Assembly (NCBI GenBank): GCA_023266795.1
Contig: JAHFPI010000002.1
Span: 1-27,339, forward strand
DNA from: Rhodospirillales bacterium
GTDB lineage: Bacteria; Pseudomonadota; Alphaproteobacteria; Micavibrionales; UBA2020
Direction of reading: 5' to 3'
DNA length: 27,339 bases
In this document: positions 10,808 through 18,000 of the stretch, in pieces
Position numbering within the stretch: position 1 is the stretch's first letter
Layout of the letters: each line of letters starts with the position of its first letter
Notes under the pieces: generated by a model
Told to the model about the DNA's origin: nothing
Seen by the model: only the letters and a program-made list of their open reading frames with translations
Database searches by the model: none
Program-made: the position numbers and the translations under genes

Positions 10808-11350
10808 ATGATCCTTAAACGCCGCCATCCCCGCACCCGCAGGCAGAAGATCAGGGAAATCGTATGGCCGTCGATGGGGCTGTTGCGCCTGATCCACTAT
10901 TACAAGCACCGCATCGCGCGGCTGCCGGGGACGCCCTATTATATCGCCGCCGGTTTTGCGACCGGCGTGGCGGTGTCCTTTACGCCGTTCGTCGGGTTTC
11001 ACCTGATGATGGCGGGGGTGATCGCCTGGGTGCTGGGCGGGTCGCTGGTGGCGATGGTGCTGGGCACAGTCATCGCCGGCAACCCGTGGACGTACCCTTT
11101 CATCTGGCTGTCGACCTACCAGCTGGGCGAGCTGCTGCTGGGCAAGCACGGCACCCGCGCCGCCTCCACCGCCCTGAACCGCCAGTTCACCTTTTCGGAC
11201 CTGCTGGACAAACCGCTGGATCTTCTGCTGCCGATGACCCTCGGCAGCCTGCCGCTGGCGATCGTGTCATGGGTTGTCACCTACTATTTTATCCGGCATG
11301 TTGTAAGAAAGCATAAGGATGCGCGGCTGTCCCGCATTTATAAACATTAG
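10808..11350 (+). CDS. DUF2062-family membrane protein
   Basis: ATG 10808; WPSMG..R..HY...RLPGTPYYIAAGFATGVAVSFTPFVG, GNPWTYP; common neighbour of rsh in Alphaproteobacteria. Confidence 0.85.
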   Translation: MILKRRHPRTRRQKIREIVWPSMGLLRLIHYYKHRIARLPGTPYYIAAGFATGVAVSFTPFVGFHLMMAGVIAWVLGGSLVAMVLGTVIAGNPWTYPFIWLSTYQLGELLLGKHGTRAASTALNRQFTFSDLLDKPLDLLLPMTLGSLPLAIVSWVVTYYFIRHVVRKHKDARLSRIYKH

Positions 11351-11359
11351 GTAAAACGG

Positions 11360-11776
11360 TTGATTTTAGGCATCGGCACAGATTTGACGAGCATTGACCG
11401 CGTGGCTGCGGTGCTGGAGCAGCACGACACGCGGTTCATCGAGCGGTGCTTCGGCGCGGAGGAGCGCGACAAGGTTGAAAAATCGGCCAAGGGTGACGCA
11501 CGGTTGCGCGCCGCCGGCTATGCCAAGAGATGGGCCGCCAAAGAGGCCTGCGCCAAGGCGCTGGGGCAGGGGATCAGCGGCGAGGTTTACCTGAAGGACA
11601 TCGTGGTGGTCACTGGCGCGGCGGGCGCGCCCTCGCTGGTGCTGACGGGCGGCGCCAAAGACCGTTTGACCGCCCTGACGCCGCAGGGTATGACTGCACG
11701 GATACATGTTAGTTTAACGGACGACATGCCGATGGCGCTGGCTTTTGTAATAATTTCCGCCGGGCCGGAAAAATGA
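11360..11776 (+). CDS. acpS: Holo-[acyl-carrier-protein] synthase
   Basis: TTG start; ILGIGTDL, RWAAKEACAKALG, GAP, HVSLTDD. Confidence 0.95.
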   Translation: MILGIGTDLTSIDRVAAVLEQHDTRFIERCFGAEERDKVEKSAKGDARLRAAGYAKRWAAKEACAKALGQGISGEVYLKDIVVVTGAAGAPSLVLTGGAKDRLTALTPQGMTARIHVSLTDDMPMALAFVIISAGPEK

Positions 11777-12612
11777 AAAAGGAACAAGATAAAAAAATGA
11801 TCGAGCAGGCAGCGCTGGAAGAAAAACCGGCAGAAAAAGACCGGGACGATATTGTCGAGCTATTCAAGGCGATGGTGGTGGCGGCGATTATCGCGCTGGT
11901 GATACGCTCCTTCGCCTTCGAGCCCTTCAACATCCCCTCCGGCTCGCTGCTGCCGACGCTGCAGATCGGCGATTACCTGTTTGTCGAAAAATACGCCTAC
12001 GGCTACAGCAAATATTCCTTCCCGCTGGACATCGTCAACTTTCAGGGGCGGGTTCTCGAATCGCCCGTGGCGCGCGGCGATATCGCCGTGTTCCGCCAGC
12101 CCAAGAAGGTCGGCATCGATTACATCAAGCGGATCATCGGCCTGCCGGGGGACAAAATCCAGGTCAAGGGCGGGATGCTGAACATCAACGGCAAGCCGGT
12201 GATGCGCGACCTGCGCGACATCGAGCAGGTCAGCGACGACGGCCGGACGGCCATGTACAAGCGCTATATCGAGACGCTGCCGAACGGCGTGCAGCACTTC
12301 ATTTACGAGATTTCCGACGACTCGCGCTTTGACAACACCGAGGTCTACACTGTGCCGGAGGGCTATTATTTCGCGATGGGCGACAACCGCGACAGCTCGC
12401 TCGACAGCCGCGCGCAGGCGGAGGTGGGCTTTATTCCCGCCGAGAACCTCATCGGCCGCGCCTGGTTCATCTTCTTCTCCACCGAAGGCATCGGCGACAA
12501 ATGCGTCAGGGAGGGGACTTTCGCCCCGGCGGCGTCGCTGCTGTGCAAGCTGGTCGAGTGGCCCAAGGCCATCCGTTACAGCCGCATCTTCAAAAACGTC
12601 AACAAGATCTGA
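11773..12612 (+). CDS. lepB: Signal peptidase I
   Basis: EPFNIPSGSLLPTL (catalytic Ser), DYIKRIIGLPGD (catalytic Lys), GDNRDSSLDSR. Confidence 0.96.
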   Translation: MKKEQDKKMIEQAALEEKPAEKDRDDIVELFKAMVVAAIIALVIRSFAFEPFNIPSGSLLPTLQIGDYLFVEKYAYGYSKYSFPLDIVNFQGRVLESPVARGDIAVFRQPKKVGIDYIKRIIGLPGDKIQVKGGMLNINGKPVMRDLRDIEQVSDDGRTAMYKRYIETLPNGVQHFIYEISDDSRFDNTEVYTVPEGYYFAMGDNRDSSLDSRAQAEVGFIPAENLIGRAWFIFFSTEGIGDKCVREGTFAPAASLLCKLVEWPKAIRYSRIFKNVNKI

Positions 12613-13277
12613 TGGATGCCCTTGCAAAAAAAATAGGCTATACGTTTTCCAAGCCGAAGCTTCTTGAAACGGCGCTGACCCATTCCAGCACGCAGAATGA
12701 CCTGAAAAATAACGAGCGGCTGGAGTTCCTCGGCGACCGGGTGCTGGGGCTTGTCATCGCCGATTTGTTGTTCAGCGCCTTTCCCGACGAAGAGGAGGGC
12801 AGCCTCGCCAAGCGCCACACCGGACTGGTGCAGCAGGAGGCGCTGGTCAGCGTTGCACAGGAAATTAATCTCGCCGCGCATGTGAAGCTGTCGGCCGGCG
12901 AAATGAAATCCGGCGGGCAGAAAAAAGAAAAAATCCTCGCCGATGCGCTGGAGGCCCTGATCGGCGCTATTTTTAAAGACGGCGGCCTGCCGCCGGCGCA
13001 GGCGTTTATCAAAACATACTGGGAACATATGCTCCGCAGCCACGCTGCCCCGCCGGAAGACGCCAAGTCGCGGCTGCAGGAATGGGCGCAGGGAAAATCC
13101 CTGCCGCTGCCGGAATACCGGCTGGCCAAAAAATCCGGCAGCGACCACGCGCCGCTGTTTGAGATCGAGGTGTTTGTCGAGGGTGTCGGCAAGGTGTCCG
13201 CCACGGCGGCCAGCAAACGCGCCGCCGAAAAAGCCGCCGCCCTCAAAATGCTGCAAAAAATGGGAATCGAGAAATGA
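12612..13277 (+). CDS. rnc: Ribonuclease III
   Basis: ATG 12612 overlaps the lepB stop (TGATG); NERLEFLGDRVLGL, ADALEALIGA, dsRBD DAKSRLQEWAQ...SKRAAEKAAA. Confidence 0.96.
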   Translation: MDALAKKIGYTFSKPKLLETALTHSSTQNDLKNNERLEFLGDRVLGLVIADLLFSAFPDEEEGSLAKRHTGLVQQEALVSVAQEINLAAHVKLSAGEMKSGGQKKEKILADALEALIGAIFKDGGLPPAQAFIKTYWEHMLRSHAAPPEDAKSRLQEWAQGKSLPLPEYRLAKKSGSDHAPLFEIEVFVEGVGKVSATAASKRAAEKAAALKMLQKMGIEK

Positions 13278-14176
13278 CAGCCAAGAAAAAATGCGGTTTC
13301 GTCAGCATTATCGGCGCGCCCAACGCCGGCAAGTCGACGCTGATCAACAAGCTGGTCGGCGCCAAGGTGTCGATCGTCAGCCCCAAGGTGCAGACGACGC
13401 GCACGCGGGTAATGGGCATTGTCAACAAGGGCGCAACGCAGATCGTTTTCATTGACACGCCGGGGATTTTCGCGCCGCGCAAGCGCTTCGACCGGGCGAT
13501 GGTGTCGGCGGCGTGGCAGGGGACGGCGGATGCGGAGATTATCCTGCTGATTGTCGAGGTCGCGCGCGGCAAGGTCAATACCGAGAGTCAGGCGATTGTC
13601 GACAAGCTGAAAGAGCAAAAACGCAGCGCCGTGCTTGTGCTCAATAAAATAGACCTTGTTGATAAAGACAAGCTGCTCAAAATCGCGACGGAGATGAACG
13701 AAACCGGCGTGTTCACCGATATTTACATGATCTCGGCGTTGAGCGGCGACGGGGTCGACCGGCTGCTGAAGGACATCACCGAAAAAATGCCCGCCGGCCC
13801 GTGGATGTTCAATGAGGATCAGGTGTCCGACATGCCGATGCGCCTGCTCGCCGCCGAAATCACGCGCGAAAAAATATTTATACAATTAAAAGAAGAGCTG
13901 CCCTACGCCTCCACCGTCGAAACCGAGACATGGGAGGAATTCAAGGACGGCAGCGTCAAGATCAGCCAGGTGGTCTATGTGATGCGCGACAGCCAGAAGG
14001 CGATCATCCTCGGCAAGGGCGGCGCGCAGATCAAAAAAATCGGCGAAGCCTCGCGTCTCGAGCTCGAGGAAATTTTGGAGCGACGCGTGCATCTCAGCCT
14101 GTTCGTCAAAGTCCGCGAAAACTGGACCGACGACCCCGACCGCTACGCGGCATGGGGTCTGGATTTCAATGCGTGA
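13274..14176 (+). CDS. era: GTPase Era
   Basis: GAPNAGKSTL, QTTR, DTPG, NKID, ISA, and C-terminal KH domain (ELPY, IILGKGG). Confidence 0.97.
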   Translation: MTAKKKCGFVSIIGAPNAGKSTLINKLVGAKVSIVSPKVQTTRTRVMGIVNKGATQIVFIDTPGIFAPRKRFDRAMVSAAWQGTADAEIILLIVEVARGKVNTESQAIVDKLKEQKRSAVLVLNKIDLVDKDKLLKIATEMNETGVFTDIYMISALSGDGVDRLLKDITEKMPAGPWMFNEDQVSDMPMRLLAAEITREKIFIQLKEELPYASTVETETWEEFKDGSVKISQVVYVMRDSQKAIILGKGGAQIKKIGEASRLELEEILERRVHLSLFVKVRENWTDDPDRYAAWGLDFNA

Positions 14177-14187
14177 GAAAACTCTTC

Positions 14188-14294
14188 CGTCATGCCGGAC
14201 TTGTTCCGGCATCCAAAAGCGCGTCTGCGCGTCACGTTGAGTCTACATGACGGCAGGACTGCCTTTTGGGCCCCCGAACAAATCGGGGGCGACA
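14188..14294. repeat. REP-like palindromic dimer (CGTC-tagged) downstream of era
   Basis: Left CGTCATGCCGGA-CTTGT-TCCGGCATCCA (14188-14215); right TGGGCCCCCGA-ACAAA-TCGGGGGCGACA (14267-14294); inverted arrangement around a ~50 bp spacer. Confidence 0.75.
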
Positions 14295-14396
14295 CTGGTG
14301 TTCTCCAAACATCCCCCTTTATTTTCCCCGATTCGGTGGTATATTCTGCCTTGGACGATATTTAATTGATTATGTAATTATAAAAAGGAAGCCGAT

Positions 14397-14969
14397 ATGA
14401 GCTGGACGGACGAGCGGATCGCTCTGCTGAAGAGAATGTGGAAAGAAGGCAAAAGCGCTGCCGACATCGCCAAGGCGCTGGCCAAGGGCGTGACGCGTAA
14501 TGCCGTGATTGGCAAGGCGCACCGCATGGGACTTTCCGGACGGCCCTCGCCGATCAAAAAGCCGGTTGTCGCGCCGAAAAAAGAAATCGTCAGGAAAGAA
14601 CTCGCCAAGCCGCCGCTTAAAAAAGCCGTGCCGCCGGTTGTTGTTTCCGGCGTGCGCCACAATCCGCTGGTCCGCGAAGTGACCGAGCCGCGCAAATTCG
14701 AGAAAGAGCCGATTCCACCGGGCGGGGGCGTGGCGCTCATCGACCTGACCGAGCGCATGTGCAAATGGCCGATCGGCGATCCGCGCGAGGATGATTTCAC
14801 TTTCTGTGGCCGCAATATCCGCCCCGGCACGCCCTATTGCCCCGACCATGCGGGCATGGCCTACCAGTCCTCCAGCCGCACCCGCGCTGCAGCCGCCGAG
14901 GAAAAAGAAGTCAAGGAAGCCACCGAGGAAAGCGCCGACGCTGACGATGAAGTGGTGGCGGTTACCTGA
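14397..14969 (+). CDS. gcrA: Cell-cycle regulator GcrA
   Basis: MSWTDERIALLKRMWKEGKSA..IAK.L..VTRNAVIGKAHRMGL; LIDLTERMCKWPIGDP..FTFCG..YCPDH..MAY. Confidence 0.95.
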   Translation: MSWTDERIALLKRMWKEGKSAADIAKALAKGVTRNAVIGKAHRMGLSGRPSPIKKPVVAPKKEIVRKELAKPPLKKAVPPVVVSGVRHNPLVREVTEPRKFEKEPIPPGGGVALIDLTERMCKWPIGDPREDDFTFCGRNIRPGTPYCPDHAGMAYQSSSRTRAAAAEEKEVKEATEESADADDEVVAVT

Positions 14970-14975
14970 TGCGCT

Positions 14976-15074
14976 GTCATCCCTGCGAAAGCAGGGATCC
15001 AGTTGGTGTTTTATACTGTTCTAAACATGCCTTAAGAAAAGACCCAACTAGGCCCCTGCTTTCGCAGGGGTGAC
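14976..15074. repeat. REP-like palindromic dimer, copy A, between convergent gcrA and the MurU-like gene
   Basis: GTCATCCCTGCGAAAGCAGGGATCCA ... TAGGCCCCTGCTTTCGCAGGGGTGAC; near-identical to the copy at 15833-15919. Confidence 0.85.
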
Positions 15075-15081
15075 AGAGTTG

Positions 15082-15810
15082 TTAACCCGCCTGCCGTTTC
15101 GCCAATATCCTGTTCGTCTCCGCCAGCGCTTCCGGTGTGCCGACGTGATACCACTCGCCGTCATGGCGCAGGCCGTACAGCCGCCCGTCGCGCTCCGCCT
15201 TGTGAAATAGTTCGACGAATGAGAATGCCCCCTCCGGCGCACCATTAAACAGGCGCGGATGCACGATGCGCGGGCCGGCGAAAATATAATTGGCGGTCTT
15301 GTCGTTACCCTTGGCGAAGACCGGTTTATCCGTGCCGTCAGCCAAATAATAATCGCCCTTGCCCGCATAGGCCGGAATTTTATCGGCGGGATGCAGCAAT
15401 AACAGCAAATCTATTTTTGAAGAATCCCACTTGTCGGCGAGCGCGCGCAGGGCGGGTTTTTTGCCGTCCGTCCACACCACGTCGGCATTCAGCACATAGA
15501 ACGGCGCGTCGCCGAAAAACCCGATCATCTTTTTCACCCCGCCGCCGGTATCGAGCAGGGGCGTCTCGGGAGAAAGCGTGATGCGCGGGGCTTTGCGGCT
15601 TTTCAGGTGGTCGGCGATCATCTTCCCCAGATAAAAATGGTTCACCACCACCTCCTCGACGCCAACGTCGGCAAGGGCATCAAGCGTACGGTCAAGCATC
15701 GTCCGGCCATCGACCATCAATAATGGTTTGGGGCAGGTGTCGGTGAGGGGGCGCATCCGCTCGCCTTTACCGGCGGCGAGGACGAATGCTTTTTTAGGAG
15801 CTGGGTTCAT
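15082..15810 (-). CDS. Nucleotidyltransferase, MurU-like (MurNAc-alpha-1-phosphate uridylyltransferase family)
   Basis: ATG 15810 (track start 15921 reads through the repeat); AFVLAAGKGERMRPLTDTCPKPLL, LLDTGGG, NAD, WYHVGTPE. Confidence 0.8.
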   Translation of the reverse strand: MNPAPKKAFVLAAGKGERMRPLTDTCPKPLLMVDGRTMLDRTLDALADVGVEEVVVNHFYLGKMIADHLKSRKAPRITLSPETPLLDTGGGVKKMIGFFGDAPFYVLNADVVWTDGKKPALRALADKWDSSKIDLLLLLHPADKIPAYAGKGDYYLADGTDKPVFAKGNDKTANYIFAGPRIVHPRLFNGAPEGAFSFVELFHKAERDGRLYGLRHDGEWYHVGTPEALAETNRILAKRQAG

Positions 15811-15832
15811 TGCTTTATTATCCCCCCATATC

Positions 15833-15919
15833 GTCGTCCCTGCGAAAGCAGGGATCCAGTTGGTGTTTTTACTGTAACAAAAAAAGACCCGACTGGGCCC
15901 CTGCTTTCGCAGGGGTGAC
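15833..15919. repeat. REP-like palindromic dimer, copy B, between tsaE and the MurU-like gene
   Basis: GTCGTCCCTGCGAAAGCAGGGATCCAGTTGGTGTTTT ... AAAAGACCCGACTGGGCCCCTGCTTTCGCAGGGGTGAC, in the same orientation as copy A. Confidence 0.85.
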
Positions 15920-15921
15920 AA

Positions 15922-16395
15922 CTACACGCGCTCTCTCCATGCCCCGTAAGGGATCATGGTGACAAGGCGTGAATTTTCAGAATCTTTAATAAAATCGATA
16001 TTAATTTCCAGCAGGTCTTTGGGCAAAAGCCCTCCCAGCCTGTCCGGCCACTCGACCAGCGACACGCCGGAGCGCCGCGCTTCGTCCCAGCCTAATTCCA
16101 GAATATCCATTTCCTTTTCTTCCAGCCGGTAAAGATCGAAGTGCCAGATGGATATTTGCGGCAAATCATAGACCTGCACCAGCGTAAAGGTCGGGCTGGG
16201 CACCTCTCCGGCATCCGGCGACAGCGTATGGATAAGCGCGCGGGCAAAGGCGCTCTTGCCGGCGCCGAGATCGCCCCGCAGCGCCACCACGTCGCCGGTT
16301 TTGAGCAGCGGCGCGATGCGGGCGGCGAAAGCGGCCAGCGCTGTTTCATCCTTAATAATCAGTGTCCGGCCTGTCCTGTTTCTGTTATCCTGCAT
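15922..16395 (-). CDS. tsaE: tRNA threonylcarbamoyladenosine biosynthesis ATPase TsaE
   Basis: L.GDLGAGKS.FARALI, VPSPTFTLVQVY, HFDLYRL, VEWPDRL. Confidence 0.93.
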   Translation of the reverse strand: MQDNRNRTGRTLIIKDETALAAFAARIAPLLKTGDVVALRGDLGAGKSAFARALIHTLSPDAGEVPSPTFTLVQVYDLPQISIWHFDLYRLEEKEMDILELGWDEARRSGVSLVEWPDRLGGLLPKDLLEINIDFIKDSENSRLVTMIPYGAWRERV

Positions 16396-16420
16396 CCCAT
16401 CCAGAATAATAGGGATTCAT

Positions 16421-17434
16421 ATGCCGGAAAAGCACTATTCAACGGATGTGGTAATTATTGGCGCGGGCCCGGCGGGGCTGTTCGCGGTGTTCGAGTGCGG
16501 CATGCTCAAAATGAAGTGCCACGTCATCGACAGCCTCGAGCAGGTCGGCGGCCAGTGCACCGCGCTGTATCCGGAGAAGCCGATCTATGACATCCCGGGC
16601 TATCCGGTCATTCTGGCCGGCACCCTGATCGAGCGGCTGGAGGAACAGGCGAAGCCGTTCCATCCCGTTTATCATCTCAACCAGAAAGTCACCGCCCTGA
16701 TCCGCGAGGCCGGTGGCCGCTATAAAGTGACCACGGCGGCGGGTACGGTCATTCTTTGCACGGCGGTGGTGATTGCCGGCGGCGCGGGCGCCTTCGGGCC
16801 CAACCGCCCGCCGCTGGACAATCTGTCGCAATACGAAGGCAAATCTGTTTTCTACATGGTCAAGCGCCGGGATGATTTTGCCGGAAAGACGCTGGTGATC
16901 GCCGGCGGCGGCGACAGCGCGGTGGACTGGGCGATTTCGCTTGCCGAGATAGCGAAGAAAATTTATTTCGTGCACCGCCGCGACAAGTTCCGCGCCGCGC
17001 CTGAATCGGTCGACAAACTGCACGCGCTCGCCAAAGCCGGAAAGATCGAGATGGTCATTCCCTACCAGCTGCACGGGCTGACCGGCAGTAACGGCATTCT
17101 GACGGCGGTGGAACTGGCAGACCTTGATGGCCATAAAAAAACGGTCGCTGCCGATGTGCTGCTGCCCTTCTTCGGCATTACGCCGCAGCTGGGCGCGCTG
17201 GCCGATCTGGGCATTAAAATCGACAGCCATCATATTTCCGTCGATCCGGCGACGCAGCAGACGAATCTCGCCGGCGTGTTCGCCATCGGCGATATTGCCG
17301 CCTATCCAAACAAGCTCAAACTGATCCTGACCGGATTTTCCGAGGCCGCGATGGCCGCCCGCGCCGTCCATCCCCTTGTTTTCCCGGGGCAGGAGCTGCA
17401 TTTTGTCTATTCAACCACACAAGGAGTGCCTTAA
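16421..17434 (+). CDS. Ferredoxin-NADP(+) reductase, thioredoxin-reductase-like (YumC/FNR type 2)
   Basis: ATG 16421; DVVIIGAGPAG, GGQC.ALYPEKPIYDIPG, GGGDSAVDWA, VHRRDKFRA, GDIAAYP.KLKLILTGF.EAA. No TrxB CxxC. Confidence 0.88.
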   Translation: MPEKHYSTDVVIIGAGPAGLFAVFECGMLKMKCHVIDSLEQVGGQCTALYPEKPIYDIPGYPVILAGTLIERLEEQAKPFHPVYHLNQKVTALIREAGGRYKVTTAAGTVILCTAVVIAGGAGAFGPNRPPLDNLSQYEGKSVFYMVKRRDDFAGKTLVIAGGGDSAVDWAISLAEIAKKIYFVHRRDKFRAAPESVDKLHALAKAGKIEMVIPYQLHGLTGSNGILTAVELADLDGHKKTVAADVLLPFFGITPQLGALADLGIKIDSHHISVDPATQQTNLAGVFAIGDIAAYPNKLKLILTGFSEAAMAARAVHPLVFPGQELHFVYSTTQGVP

Positions 17435-17998
17435 ATGTTTATCCAGACCGAACAAACCCCCAATCCCGCCAGCCTCAAATTCCTCCCCGGCTGCGAAGTC
17501 ATGCTGCGCGGCACGGCGGAATTCAAGAACGCGGCGGCGGCAAAAGTCTCGCCGCTGGCCGAGCGCCTGTTTAAAATTCCCGGCGTCACCGGCGTGTTTC
17601 TCGCCCCCGATTTCGTCACCGTCACCAAGTCCAGCGCCGTGGAGTGGTCGCCCCTGCGGCCGCTGATTCTGGGCGCGATCATGGAGCATTTCACCACTGG
17701 CCAGAAAGTCATGCTCGACGAGGATTCGGTACACGGCGCGCCGGTTTCCTCCGCTGCCGCCGGTGATAGCGACGTCGTCAAACAGATCAAGGAACTGCTC
17801 GACACCCGCATCCGTCCGGCCGTGGCGCAGGACGGCGGCGATATTGTGTTTTCGTCATTCGAAGGCGGCGTCGTTTATCTGCACATGCGCGGCGCCTGCG
17901 CCGGCTGCCCCAGCTCCACCGCCACGCTGAAAAGCGGCATCGAGAACATGCTCAAGCACTTCATCCCCGAAGTCGAGGAAGTGCGGGCGGTGAATTAA
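17435..17998 (+). CDS. NifU/NfuA-family Fe-S scaffold or carrier protein
   Basis: MFIQTEQTPNPASLKFLPG N-terminal domain; IRPAVAQDGGD...GACAGCPSS..TLK.GIE. Confidence 0.93.
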   Translation: MFIQTEQTPNPASLKFLPGCEVMLRGTAEFKNAAAAKVSPLAERLFKIPGVTGVFLAPDFVTVTKSSAVEWSPLRPLILGAIMEHFTTGQKVMLDEDSVHGAPVSSAAAGDSDVVKQIKELLDTRIRPAVAQDGGDIVFSSFEGGVVYLHMRGACAGCPSSTATLKSGIENMLKHFIPEVEEVRAVN

Positions 17999-18000
17999 GG

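Noticed and set aside
11860-13885. Minus-strand ORFs of 255, 226 and 415 aa
   Set aside because: Shadows of lepB, rnc and era.
14355-14385. Possible CtrA box upstream of gcrA
   Set aside because: A TTAA half-site is present (14362-14365) but the partner 7 bp away is TGTA, not TTAA/TTAAC.
14976-15919. Possible CRISPR array or IS ends from the repeated palindromes
   Set aside because: Only two copies, 760 bp apart, enclosing a housekeeping gene; no regular spacers, cas genes, transposase or target-site duplication.
15811-15921. 37-aa N-terminal extension of the nucleotidyltransferase (…WIPAFAGTT…)
   Set aside because: It is the translation of the REP dimer; the family N-terminus begins at MNPAPKKAFVLAAG (15810).
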